DNA of 64,000 bases from the NCBI GenBank assembly GCA_010015585.1, contig ML975168.1; one strand, 5' to 3'. The notes beneath the pieces were generated by a model. That model searched no databases. It was given only the letters and a program-made list of their open reading frames with translations, and was not told the origin of the DNA. A program made the position numbers and the translations under genes. This document shows, piece by piece, positions 25,227 to 36,654 of this stretch. Each line of letters starts with the position of its first letter. Position 1 is the first letter of the stretch. The stretch is from Eremomyces bilateralis CBS 781.70 (Eukaryota).

Positions 25227-26597
25227 TCACTGCTCCGCATCGTCATCGGGTTGATCGAACAGGAAGTTCGCGGCCAGCTCCTCGTTCTTATCACAGGCGA
25301 AGTAGGCCTGGATGACGAGATCTCGCGAGAATCCAAGACGGCACAACTACATCAAACATTAGCACACTCTCACTTCTTCTTTTAATTTTATTTATAGGAA
25401 ATCAACTCACCCTCTCAATCGCCTCCCTCTCTTCCTCCGTCACCGAAATCGCCTGCGCCCCCGGCGGCAACGGCGCATCCTCATCGTTATCCTCCGCCAA
25501 CATCTGCAGGAACTCATCCGGCTGCGTCGCGATCAGCTGCGCCAGCTGCGGGTTACCTGCCCCCAGCTGCTGCAGGATCGGCTCGAGCATCTGCGGCTGC
25601 TGCTGCACCACCTGCCGCAGCTGCTGGAACTGCGGGTTGTTGCGCAGGAACTCCAGGCTCCCAGCCGGGACGCCGGTGGCGGCACCTGTGCCGGTTGTCG
25701 CCGCGCCTCCGGTTCGGGCAGCCCCGCCGGAGCCACCTCGGTTGCCGGCGGCGGCGGCGGCTTCGAAGAGGTTGACGGGCTCATCACCAGTGGCGGGGGC
25801 GGCGGCGGCGGCGGGTTGTTGGGGTTGGGTTGGAACTGGAGCTTGCGGGGCAGCTTGGCCGGGGGAGGAAGCGGGGGGTTGGTCGTCCGTGGTTTCAGGG
25901 ATGCCCTAGGTATCTGTCAGAATCCATGCAGGAAAAATGTAATAGGCAGACATACAGTAAGCAGATACTCAACCGCGCGATCCGGGTTGTTGAATGCGGC
26001 CCTCAGTGCACGCTCGATGTCTCCGCGCTGGAATCCCATGCTCTCCATGTTGGAGATGGCGGCTTGTCGCTCGGCCCCGATGGCGAGGGCGGAGGGATCG
26101 TTGAACTGTCGCGGTTCCGATGAGGCGGTTTGAGGTGCGGGAGATGGGGTTCCTGGGGCGACTGCAGCGGCTGTTGACGATGAGACTGGAGCGGCGGGGA
26201 CAGCGGGTGTGGAGGCGGTTGCAGGAGCAGGAGTCGCGGGAGCAGCCTTGCTTGATGAGGCAGCTGTGGCTTTTGGCTGGGAATGAATTAGATATGACGG
26301 CAATATAAAGAGGATGATTACGAATATACCTTGGAGACCATGCAGACGATGAACCCCTTCTCCTCGATGTTATAGGACTCCACGGTTTTGTCGTCTTGGA
26401 GAATCTTGCCTGCAGTACGTTAGTCGTGATATGGCACAATAGGCTTCAGACCACCCACCCGAATAGATCAGCTTCTGTCCAGAAGCTTCCCATCCGTGCT
26501 CGGCAGCTATCTTCGCCTTGACATTTCCGATGGTCTCAGTTGGCTCGGCTTCGATGACGAACCTCTGCTGCTTCAGATCTTTGAAGGTGAGCTTCAT
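25227..26597 (-). CDS. RAD23: UV excision repair / ubiquitin shuttle protein Rad23, 4 introns
   Basis: UBL domain [13 protein letters not shown]...[19 protein letters not shown] domain [33 protein letters not shown]-binding region [28 protein letters not shown]; second UBA domain [19 protein letters not shown]. Confidence 0.97.
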
Positions 26598-26882
26598 CTT
26601 GGCAGATCGATGTGGGGGTAGTTGTGGAAGATGGTGTTTGATTGTTCGGGGGATATTGGGGACAGTGTGTGGCACTGCTTCTGAGCGGCAGTGGGATTTG
26701 ATTCTTGGGATCGAAATGATAGATATGGACAGAGAAGGGTGAAGTTGAGAGAGGGTTGGGCAGGTAGATGGAGCCGTGAGGTGGTGGAGGATGGATTTGG
26801 TGGCGGGCGATGTCTTTGGCTTTCCCTGGACCCACTTTCAAATGTCAATCATTCGTGTGTGCAGCTGCCTTGAAATCACGTT

Positions 26883-26923
26883 TTTGACGCCTTGACGCCT
26901 TGGAGCCTTGCTCGGAGGCTCCA
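26883..26923. repeat. Short direct repeats (TTGACGCC x2, TTGGAGCC) overlapping an 8-bp inverted repeat in the RAD23 promoter
   Basis: ttgacgcc ttgacgcc ttggagcc; TGGAGCCT-7nt-AGGCTCCA at 26901-26923. Confidence 0.55.
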
Positions 26924-27375
26924 CGACCCTGACCAGTGGTTCGTGCATAGTATAGAGTATGTATCTCGAATAGTCGAATCACGAATGACGAATGAGATGA
27001 CGAATTGACATTCCGTGGACTTCACTCAATCACATCTTCCTGTCTGACACTATGGCACGCAATACCAACAATATCGCGGGAATCAATCTGGTGTATGCCT
27101 CATCAGAGTGGATTTTATCACTTGGATATGTTCCTTTTATGTTTGATGCTAGTGCCTTGTGGTCCTCATAGACTTCCCGTAGTCATCCGCAATCATCGAG
27201 GTTTGGTTCGTCAAGATCACTCCATGCAATTCTATTCTAGTCACGCAAAATCAAATATGAAGAAGAGAATCGTAATGCTAGTCGATGTCGTCCTTATACA
27301 TCTCTTTATTTATTTTTGAAGAAACAATCATGCCGTTCAGTGCTAGTTGACTATCCATGACCTCAGAATACCCAA

Positions 27376-28437
27376 TTAGTGAGTAACTCCAAGTCGCTTC
27401 TCGTTGTCCAGCAAGGTCCTCACCATGTCAACTATAGACTTCTTCAGATCAATCCAGTCGATTCCCAGCTCTTTCTGGGCCGGACTCGAATCGACCTTAT
27501 ACCACAGATCAATCTCATCCTTCCCCGACCCCGGCTTCCCCACTGGAACCCTCCCCTCCAGCTCCGGAAACTCCTCCAATATCGCATCCACAGCATCCTG
27601 ATAATTCCATTTCCCTCCCGTCACGAGATACCGCTTTCCCCCCACTCCCGGCCTCACCAACCCCTGTATGCTCGCCTTCGCGATATTCCTCACGTCCACC
27701 CACGCCCCGAAATCCGTACCCGGCACCTCCTTCAACGTCCCGTTAATCAACCTGTAAATCGCCCCTGTACTCTCATTCAGCCTTCCCAAATCCTCAATCT
27801 CATCCAATCGCGGCCCAAAAATCCACGCCGGACACGTTGTCACCAACTCGAAATGTGGCTTCCGCTCCGCAACGAAGTCCCACCCCGCCTTCTCCGCCAG
27901 CGTCTTGCTCGCCCCGTACCCGTTTAGCGCGTCCCCCGTCCGCGCCGTCTCGTACGTCGACGGGTTCCAGTCTGCCGACGTGTACGTATACCCCGGCCGG
28001 CTCCCGGCCTCGAGGTTCAGCGCGGCTGCGAACGACGAGATAATGACGACGCGCGCGCAGGTCGGCGTGGCGGCCGCGGCCTCCAGGATTTCCAACGTGC
28101 CGTTGATAGCGGGCTTGAGGAGGTCATTTTCAATGCTCTCGACTTTGAGGACGAAGGGGCTGGCGGAGTGGATGATGCCGACGACGCCCTCTGCGGCGGC
28201 GGTGAAGGCGCCGGGGGCGGTCAGGTCGGGGACTATGGCGATGGTGAGGGGGGAGGTGGGGGAAGCGGGTTGGGCGAGGGTGGTGCGCAGTTTGGGGATG
28301 GAGGAGGGGGAGCGGACGGTGGCGCGTACGTGGTGGCCAGCGTGGAGGAGTTGGGAGACGATGTGGGCGCCGAGGAAGCCCGTGGCGCCGGTGACGAGGA
28401 TGGGGTGGGCGGCAGAGGATTGGAGGAGTGTAGACAT
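27376..28437 (-). CDS. NAD(P)H-dependent extended SDR, GRE2/aldehyde-reductase-II-like
   Basis: 353 aa. ILVTGATGFLGAHIV, IIHSASP, PAINGTLEIL, SSFAA, YGASK (YxxxK) and WVDVRNIA motifs. Confidence 0.93.
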   Translation of the reverse strand: MSTLLQSSAAHPILVTGATGFLGAHIVSQLLHAGHHVRATVRSPSSIPKLRTTLAQPASPTSPLTIAIVPDLTAPGAFTAAAEGVVGIIHSASPFVLKVESIENDLLKPAINGTLEILEAAAATPTCARVVIISSFAAALNLEAGSRPGYTYTSADWNPSTYETARTGDALNGYGASKTLAEKAGWDFVAERKPHFELVTTCPAWIFGPRLDEIEDLGRLNESTGAIYRLINGTLKEVPGTDFGAWVDVRNIAKASIQGLVRPGVGGKRYLVTGGKWNYQDAVDAILEEFPELEGRVPVGKPGSGKDEIDLWYKVDSSPAQKELGIDWIDLKKSIVDMVRTLLDNEKRLGVTH

Positions 28438-28979
28438 TTTGGCTGGTGGGATCGGGTTGGTTTGGTTTTTGATAGAAGATCGTATATATGTAAAGATTCA
28501 AATTCGAGTGACTTGATTGCTGGTCAATCCTGTCCTGATGGTTGATCGAGGCACCTATTTGTACTCTCCAGTGCCATCCCAAACCAACTTCATTATCTCC
28601 ATTACCTCCATGATACCATTTTCCCTTTGAAATTCCGTCATAGAACCACTTCCAATCCCACCCCGATCTAGAGGAATTTATTCAGCTGTCCATCCGTTGA
28701 CAACACTAAGTTCGACCCGCAGCAACCCTAGGGCTGCACATGCTGGATGCCATTAGTCAACTCGGCGTCTTCCTAACTCGCTCCAAATTGCCCTCCTCAC
28801 CCAACACCCACCATTCTTCTCTCTCTATTTAGCACCTAAACCACCACATTCTTTCCGGAATCCCAAGTACAAGACCTTCATCCATAAAACATGACCTGGT
28901 TACTAAGCTCGTTTTGTGCAGACATACGCAAAGATCAACGTCGGCGCATGGGCTTATCGCTGAGCGTTATATCCGTTAT

Positions 28980-29095
28980 ATCCTAAACCCCGACTACCAT
29001 TTGCCAAATCTGTCCATCGCGTCGTTTGTAAGCCTCACATCCTAAACCTTGACTACCATTTGCCAAAACTCTCCATCGCGTCGTTTGTAACTCAC
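28980..29095. repeat. About 59-bp tandem duplication (2 copies) in the divergent SDR/POP8 promoter
   Basis: atcctaaaccccgactaccatttgccaaatctgtccatcgcgtcgtttgtaagcctcac followed by atcctaaaccttgactaccatttgccaaaactctccatcgcgtcgtttgtaactcac. Confidence 0.9.
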
Positions 29096-29224
29096 TTATC
29101 TGCCCTCCCAAGTCCCAACAAACTCACCCGGTAACCAAGCAACTAGAATCCTCCACTCCATACATTAAGCGCTATTGCCGCCCACCTTCGAAACCCAACA
29201 ACCTCCCTTCCGAACCTCCTCACC

Positions 29225-29677
29225 ATGCCCACTACAACTACCACAGCCCCCTCCCACCCCCCGCCCACCGCCAACCCCTCCCGCCGCCTCCAAAAACCCC
29301 ACGCCGCCACCCAACTCCTCTCCCGCACCCTCCACCCCACCCACACCTACCTCCACCTCCGCCTCCTCACCCCTCTCACCACCATCCCCTCCCCCACCGC
29401 CCCTGACATCGACCCCCTCACAATCCGCACCCACCTTACCTCCGCGCTACGCCATGCGCACGGGCTGGCGGGGACGGCGATCGCGCTGGACGTGCTGAAG
29501 GTAAAGGGGGAGGAGGTGTGGGTGAGGTGTCCGGCGGAGGAGGGGAGGAGCGTGGTGGTGGGGTTGGGGGGGTGGGAGGGGTCGGAGGGGAAGATGAAGG
29601 TGGGGTGGAGGGTTGTGGGGTGGGATGGGTGGGCAGGGAGGAGAGGAAGGGGAGATGGGAGGGGGTTGTTTTTGTGA
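29225..29677 (+). CDS. POP8: RNase P/MRP subunit Pop8-like protein
   Basis: 150 aa. YLHLRLL...IDPLTIRTHLTSALRHAHGLAGTAIALDVLKV...VWVRCP...VVGLGGW matches the fungal Pop8 pattern. Confidence 0.8.
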   Translation: MPTTTTTAPSHPPPTANPSRRLQKPHAATQLLSRTLHPTHTYLHLRLLTPLTTIPSPTAPDIDPLTIRTHLTSALRHAHGLAGTAIALDVLKVKGEEVWVRCPAEEGRSVVVGLGGWEGSEGKMKVGWRVVGWDGWAGRRGRGDGRGLFL

Positions 29678-30058
29678 GAGGAGAGGGGGACACACGGCGT
29701 TTGGCACGGGTTAGAACAGAGGTCACGCATGAAAGAGTTGGATTTCGAAAATTCTGGATTCGCTGGTAGTTGGACGAGACGCTAACGGGCGAGAACTCAT
29801 GTACCTACAATGATCCATACGTATACAGTCTAACTATGTGTGTGTGGTCCCATATCGCCTCCATCTCCCCAGCGCCAACGAGAGAAAGTACTGGTGCACT
29901 GGACTCTATCATCCAGGTCCTGCATCAACCGATTTGTTTTGTTGCTACTTTTGATTTTCGAAAAGAAATGTAGTAGAGCCGCAAACCACTTCCTGCAAAA
30001 GGAACGCCCCAAACACATTCCGAACGGTTTCGGTCCGTGACCAGACGCCGGAAGTTAC

Positions 30059-31716
30059 TTATATTACCGTCACCTGGTTTCCGCGTATATCTTGCCCGGG
30101 AATCCACGTCTGCTCCGCCTTCGTCCCCGGCGGTAACCACTGCGGCGCCGTCTCCCCTCTCGTCCTCCCATGCTGCATGCGATCATCATCCCGCTTCCCC
30201 TCCCACCGATGCCCATTCGCCGCCGGCGGACTCCCGGACTCCCCCGGATTCTCCACGAGCGGCAACAGCGGTTCAGCCTGGGGCTGAAACATCTTGGCGC
30301 GACGGTCGGCGCGGGCGGCGTCGCTAGTGCGATCGTAGAGGTAGAGGCCGAGGAAGGTGAGGAAGATGCCAAAGCCCTGGGTGTTGGAGAAGGAGTTCCG
30401 GAACCAGAGGATGGCGAAGGTGACAACGCAGACGCGCTTCATGAGGGAGGCGACGCTGTAGGTGACGGGGGAGACGAGGGAGAGGAGGATGAAGGCGACG
30501 ATGCTTTGGATGAAGTGGAAGGTGCCGTTGAAAATGTACTCGAGGGTGAGTGCGCCGTGGTCGAGGGCGCCGGGGCGGTCGGAGAGGCGGATGGAGGAGG
30601 TGGTGAGGAGGTCTCGGAGGATGGTGATGCCGTCGGACCAGAGCCAGAGGGGGAAGGTGAAGAAGAAGGCGATGCCCATGGAGTAGGCGAGGAGGTTGAG
30701 GCGGTCGGGCTTTTTGGAGGAGGGGCGGGAGTCGGGGGTGGATTCGGAGAGGGCGGCTTCGGTGAAGAGGCGCTTGGAAAAGATGTTTTGGGTGACGAAG
30801 AGGAGGGTGCTGGAGACGGCGGAGACGAGGCCGAGGAGGTTGCTGCTGAAGTTGGCGGAGCAGGCGAGGATGACGCCTATGGTGAGCGGGATGAGGGAGA
30901 GGTAGGTTGGGGTGCTGTATTTCACGTTGAGGAGGGAGCGGGATGCGATGACGGTGAAGAGCGGGGACAGGCCCTTGATGGTGTGCACCAGCGAGACAGG
31001 GAGCCGTGTCGTCGCGTCGGAGGTCAGGATGTGGCCACCGATTTGGAAAACGGTGAGTGGAAGGGTGGCCCGGATGAGATCTCGGTTTGGAGGTTGAACG
31101 CCGTTCTTGAGCACCGGCACCACACGGGCTACGGCAGGAAATCGTATTGCTACCCAGCCCAGTACAACGCACCATGTAGGGACGATACCGAATTGGATGA
31201 TGGTGAGGGTCATGGGTTTCGGGAACGTCGTGAGAATGGCTTTCGAGCTGGTATTCGAGATCACCGAGGCCGCATACCAGATACCGCAAAGCACCTATTC
31301 ATCGTCAACCGATTGCCATCTTCCGGTTCTCGGGTGCTACATACCACTAGCTTCGGCGAAATCGGCGCCTTCAATGCATCTGCGATCTCATGTGCATTGG
31401 CGCTCACGCTCGCCCTCCTCGTCCTTATCGTCCGAATCGCCTCGCTCAAGCTCTTCTGCCGCGAATGTCTCGGCCCTGGCATTGGAGCTCCATTGCTCGC
31501 GGGCCATCGTGGTCCGCTACTTCTCCGAGCCTGCCACCGGTCGCCTCCGGCATGACCATTCCCAAAGCTCCCTGTGCGTGCAGGAGACTGCGATTTTCGG
31601 CCGCTGTAGAGGGAGTCTTGTTCCGGCGGGTCGAAGGCTGGGAACTTGGATAAGGTGGATGGACCAGGGCTGCTCGGAACTGCGGTCATGTCATCCCCTG
31701 CGTTGGTGGAGGCCAT
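30059..31716 (-). CDS. Triose-phosphate transporter (TPT/SLC35E)-family protein, Sly41-like; 1 intron
   Basis: LCGIWYAASVISNTSSKAIL, PVSLVHTIKGLSPLFTV, QNIFSKRL and SPVTYSVASLMKRV motifs. Intron 31295-31344 joins ORF 31261-31716 to ORF 30059-31294. Confidence 0.92.
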
Positions 31717-32504
31717 TGATGGCGGGCGGGCGTGTGGATGACCGACTGAGGGGGTTTACTGAGGATTCATCGTCGCTGGAATGGGGTTATGCTGTCCAAT
31801 GCGATCCAGGGGGGAGACGGAAATGTCGGAATGGTCTCGAGAGGAAGTATATCGAATGAGGCACCGTCTCGTCTGGTTGGTGAGAGCTGTACAGCCTTCT
31901 TGATGCGTGGCGAACTGACGATATATCTAGCCGCCCGATATCAGATATCGATGCGATGAGGAGAGATCGGGTTCAGGATGGAGATGAGCCGTTAATCGGT
32001 AGGACTGTTAGTCTGTCACACCATTCATTCACCACGCTGAACCCAAGTGAATCGCGTGTTCTTTCAAGAATGGGAATCTCGTATTAACACCGTTACATCA
32101 GACTGCACAGCGGGACGCAATAGGGACCAGGAAATACGTAACGTGGGAAGATGCAGCCGCTCCTTGGTTCCAGAATCTATTTTGGGATTAGCGTGGCGGA
32201 AATTACGTGAAAATTGCAGTTCCATGGAATGGGGTGGGACATCCATGCACGGATCATTGATACGCTGAACACCATTCCCCATTAGGTCTCACCGCAAATG
32301 AATCCTCGCGATAACCATAGTCCGTACCTCAACTGTTTCATCCTCGCGGGAAGTTCAACTCCGTTTGATGGGATTCTTTTTATCGGTATTCATATCGATG
32401 CAATATGTAGCCGAATCCCAAATCCTGACTCCTAAATCCTCGATTCTCAATCCATCCATTGCATCCATAGAGGATGTTGGTGGCTCAGTGTTCACGTATA
32501 TGCA

Positions 32505-35500
32505 ATGTTTGGGGTCTCGCACGCCATCGTATGGCTGGTTCTCCTAGCCCTGTATCAATGTGAAATTACAGGTACCTCACAATGGACTGTGGGCCCTTTG
32601 CAGACCATAACTGGCCTTCCATCACCATTGATCTCAGACACATGGCAGATCCTTGGCCCATTCCAGATAGGGACCAGAGGCATGCGTCCCATACAACGAC
32701 TAACCACAACCTCCATTAACAAGTGAACAGAAGCAGCATGGGGATCTGATCCTTTGGAATACCATGGCGGATTCCCCTCCATAAAATATAATGCTTCAGA
32801 ATCGTTCAAGAGCGCCTTGGGACTCAATGGCTCCGTCACATGGTCGGAGACTACCGGCATATGGATGGAGTCAATGGACAAATGCAACTCGGGATACGGG
32901 CAGATGTCCCTATCGTTGTCATTCCCTGAAGTCAATTGGGACTTTCTGCAGTCCGTTTATGGGTGGTCCGCAAAGCAATATCAGGCGTGGATGCGTGGAA
33001 GCATCCTGAATGAAGGGGACACCTCCGAGAATGTCCTCTTGTACACCGACCAGATCCTCGAGTACGCAATTGATGGAACGAGACATTGGGGAGGTGACTT
33101 CTATTCATATCGCCGTGCTCCCCACATCATTCATCTGCGGCCAGGATTGCATACGATCGACATCCGCGTGGTGCGGGACGTCCGCGCCATGGGTGGCACT
33201 GGTGAGCCGAGTACCACGGTTCGTCTGGAATTGGCAAGACCTCGCAGGTCCCTCGAGATCATCAAGAGCAGTGTGCTGGTGCCGGATGTAGTTGATGGGG
33301 TACTTTCGAGTCCGTATATCTCGATTCCTCTCCGGAACGCAGGCAGCGATTGGGTGCGTGCTGAGTCGGTGGATGTCGCAGGGGTGAGTAGTCCAGATTC
33401 ACATCCGCTCACATGCGTTTACTGTATCTCAGTCGAAGCCAATTGTTAGCCAGCTAACTCTCCGAAAGGTATCCACTCACCGGTTGGATGATCTATCATC
33501 TTCCTTCCTCTTAGCACCAGGTCAAACTCGGCCTTTTGCCTTCGAGATAGACTTGGAGGGCTACCATCAGAGTAGCATCGAGGTCACTGTGACGTACGCA
33601 GCGGCCAATACGGCCAATACCACAACCATCCCATCAACCACCTCTATCAATATCCCGCTCCGACATCGATCACGCCACGATGCCCAGAAACTCACTTACC
33701 CGCACCCCTCAGGTATCGTATCCTACGCGATGCTGCGACCACCCGCAGCAAATGCATCCTGCTCTAAAATCCAGGACTTCCGTGCTCCTATACTTCTCGC
33801 ATTGCATGGTGCAGGGGTGGATGCAGACAGTGATCAACAAACGCATTCTCTCGACGCCGTCGTGGACCTGTGCGCATGGGTGCTCTTCCCAAGCGGAGTG
33901 ACGACTTGGAGCGGTGATGATTGGCGTAAGGTTTGGTAGCAAGTGTTTTTGATCCGAAACTGACATGGTTTAGACAACTGGGGGTTTGCAGATGTGCAGG
34001 CTGCTGTGGATGCCATTCCTGGTTGGATGGCGAGGTTTGACTGGATTGGACCGGGCGTTGATGTCCAGAGTTGGATCGTCAGTGGCCATTCTAACGGTGG
34101 TAAGTATTGCGCGATGCTCTTGCCGTACGAGTTGTCAGACTTATTCTTGTTAGGTCAAGGAACTTGGTATATCCTCGCTCATCACCCGGACAAAGTCCTA
34201 GCCGCTGCTCCAGTATCTGGGTACTTGTCTATTCCTCGTAAGCATCGTCTCTATCCTTCTAACTTAAGAAACCTCGTTCTGAACTATTGTAGAATATGTG
34301 CCATATCAATTCTGGCATCAAGCGGACCCTGTCATCCTCGCTCTAGTGCAGTCGTCTCTCAGCAGCTATCGCCACCAATTGTTAGCCCCAAACTCACGAG
34401 GGATCCCCATCCTCCAGCAACACGGCCGAATCGATGACAATGTCCCCGCATACCATGCTCGTCTCATGTCCCAGCTGATTGCCGAAGCGAACTGGTCCAG
34501 CACCTACGTGGAGCTCCCCGATCGGAACCACTGGTTTGACGGCGTCATGACTACCCCCGCGCTGCAGGAATTCTATCGCTCCTCGGCCGCGCTCGAGAAG
34601 CGAGCGATGGCGCTGGATATGTTTCGAGTTGTGTCCGCAAACCCTGGGGATACTGGACCGAAGCAGGGGATCCGAATCAGGCGGTTGGAAGAGCCTAGTA
34701 GAGTCGGGTTGGTGGATGTGGTGGTCGAGCAAATAGATGCGGATACTTGCTTTTTTGAGCTGAAGACAAGGAATGTGCGGGAAATTGGCTTTCAGTACTA
34801 TGATTGCGGCATCGTAGGTCTTCGCGTCGATGGAAAGGAGTTGGTGGCTGATATCTCTCGGGAATCTCTCGAGTGGCCAGTCGTCAAGGGCAACGATGGT
34901 CTCTGGATGGTCTGACGCCACTTCTCGCTCAATTATATCTGCTGACTGTTAGTAGGAGTCTTTGGTTTGGGATACAAGTACTTCACTGCGTTCGACTATC
35001 CAGATGGGCGGGTTTGACGCGATCCTCCGCACGAAAGGCCGCTTTACAGTAACTTATGAGGACGCGATTACCTTCGTCAAGGCACAGCAGATTGCGCGGA
35101 ATTTTTACCAGTACTTCGCCGCCGACAGTCTAATCGCCGAATATGACTCCTCAGCCCTGTCGAGCGCCCCTGGGAATGTCATCTTGACGAGTCTGACCCG
35201 CGAGCCCTTGATTGATATTGGGGAACCAAGCCCTATCACGATCCGTGACGATGGACTCCATCTTCGACGAGCGAACTGGGACGAGAGATTCCCCTTCGAG
35301 GAGATATCTGGCGCCATATTCGTCAGTCCGTTGGATAATCATCGCCTTGCGCTGGTGGTGTGGGGCGTCGATGAAGCTGGACTGACTTCTGCATCCCGCC
35401 TCGTCCCCTTACTAACCGGCGTTGGGTCGCCCGACTTCGTGGTGCTAGACAAGAGCATGGCATGGCAAGGTGTTGCGGGTGTGAGAGCGATTGGGTATTT

Positions 35501-35543
35501 TGATGATGAATGGCGGGTGGCAGAGCGGTCGTCATACGTGTAA
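32505..35543 (+). CDS. Secreted alpha/beta-hydrolase, peptidase S9-like; multi-exon
   Basis: Signal-like N-terminus; WQILGPFQIGTREAAWGSDPLE; ALHGAGV; nucleophile GHSNGG; QQHGRIDDNVP and NHWFDGVMT supply the Asp and His. About 6 introns. Confidence 0.88.
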
Positions 35544-36469
35544 GTTCTCCTACCTTGACAGGATAATAGAGATCATGGGGTCGGTGGTCAACAATGTCTT
35601 TCACTATTAGGGGCAATTCGTGTTGTTGTGTTTATCTATCACATTGTGTGTGATAGTCTCATGGTCTACATTCACCATCGGTCCCTCCAATCACTTGCTT
35701 TTCACCCATCTTGTGAATCATCCCATTTTGACCTCCTGAATAAGCCTATGCACCTAGGCACCCTCTCGTTGCCTACACATTGAATTTGAAGCCTCCCATC
35801 ACCTTTCACTCTTCTTCCGCCATCCTTTTCTCAATCTCCCTTCTTCCTCTCTCACCCACACCTCCCCCTCCCACACACACTTCAAAAGTCCTTCAAAATT
35901 CCCATCTCATCGCCTTCATCCCCTTTCCTTTTTCAACCATTAACCTCATCCATCTCGATCTAGCTGTTCGTAGCTAGCTCACTACTCGTCTATTTGCTAT
36001 CCTCTCCATTATTCAGGAGACGGTTGTCGTCAATTGGACGCGTGACCTACCGTCGTCACTCATCGGTGTTGACTTCCATTGAAGGAAGGAGCGCCTACGT
36101 CACAACACATTTCTCCCACCGATCCTCGAGACCGCAACTTCCTCCATAATCCATCACTTCCCGTCCAACCAGGAAAGAACCACACACTCTGCTCACCACG
36201 GCAGTCACTCCCTCTCCGTGTTGCTCATCGCCAACCCACTGCATCTTCATCTCCCTTCTCCTCTTCACTCGCGCAATCACCGTAAGTCTTATTGCTTCAT
36301 ATGCCAATCTCATCATCTTCGTTCGAGCTCGTCTGATTTCGTGGCTATCTATCCAGCAACGAGAATCTGTTCACTTTGAAAACATCACCCCCAATCCCGC
36401 GTCTATTCTGGTTATCCACGCTTTCCTTGTCTCCGTTGCGCTCTACTCTGAAAGGAGCGCATTGATCTG

Positions 36470-36504
36470 TCGCGTCGCATCGCGTCGCATCGCAATCGCA
36501 TCGC
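36470..36504. repeat. (TCGCR)n pentamer microsatellite in the probable 5'-UTR intron of the PUF gene
   Basis: tcgcg tcgca tcgcg tcgca tcgca a tcgca tcgc. Confidence 0.7.
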
Positions 36505-36654
36505 TGTTCGCTCATCGCGCGAAGTTACCGCGAGGAGAGAACGTTAACACGCAGCAGGCGCGTTCATCCCTGACCTTCGTGTTCACGAACGTCTACTTTC
36601 GCCAATTGGGAGCAGAAGCTTTGGATCGATCTATCAGTCTCTTCAATTGTCAAG

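Noticed and set aside
30170..31555. 461-aa Glu/Gly-rich + strand ORF, and similar long overlapping ORFs at 5932-6921, 54749-55996, 55285-56205 and 4605-5198
   Set aside because: These are alternative-frame or antisense products of GC-rich, skewed coding sequence of established genes.
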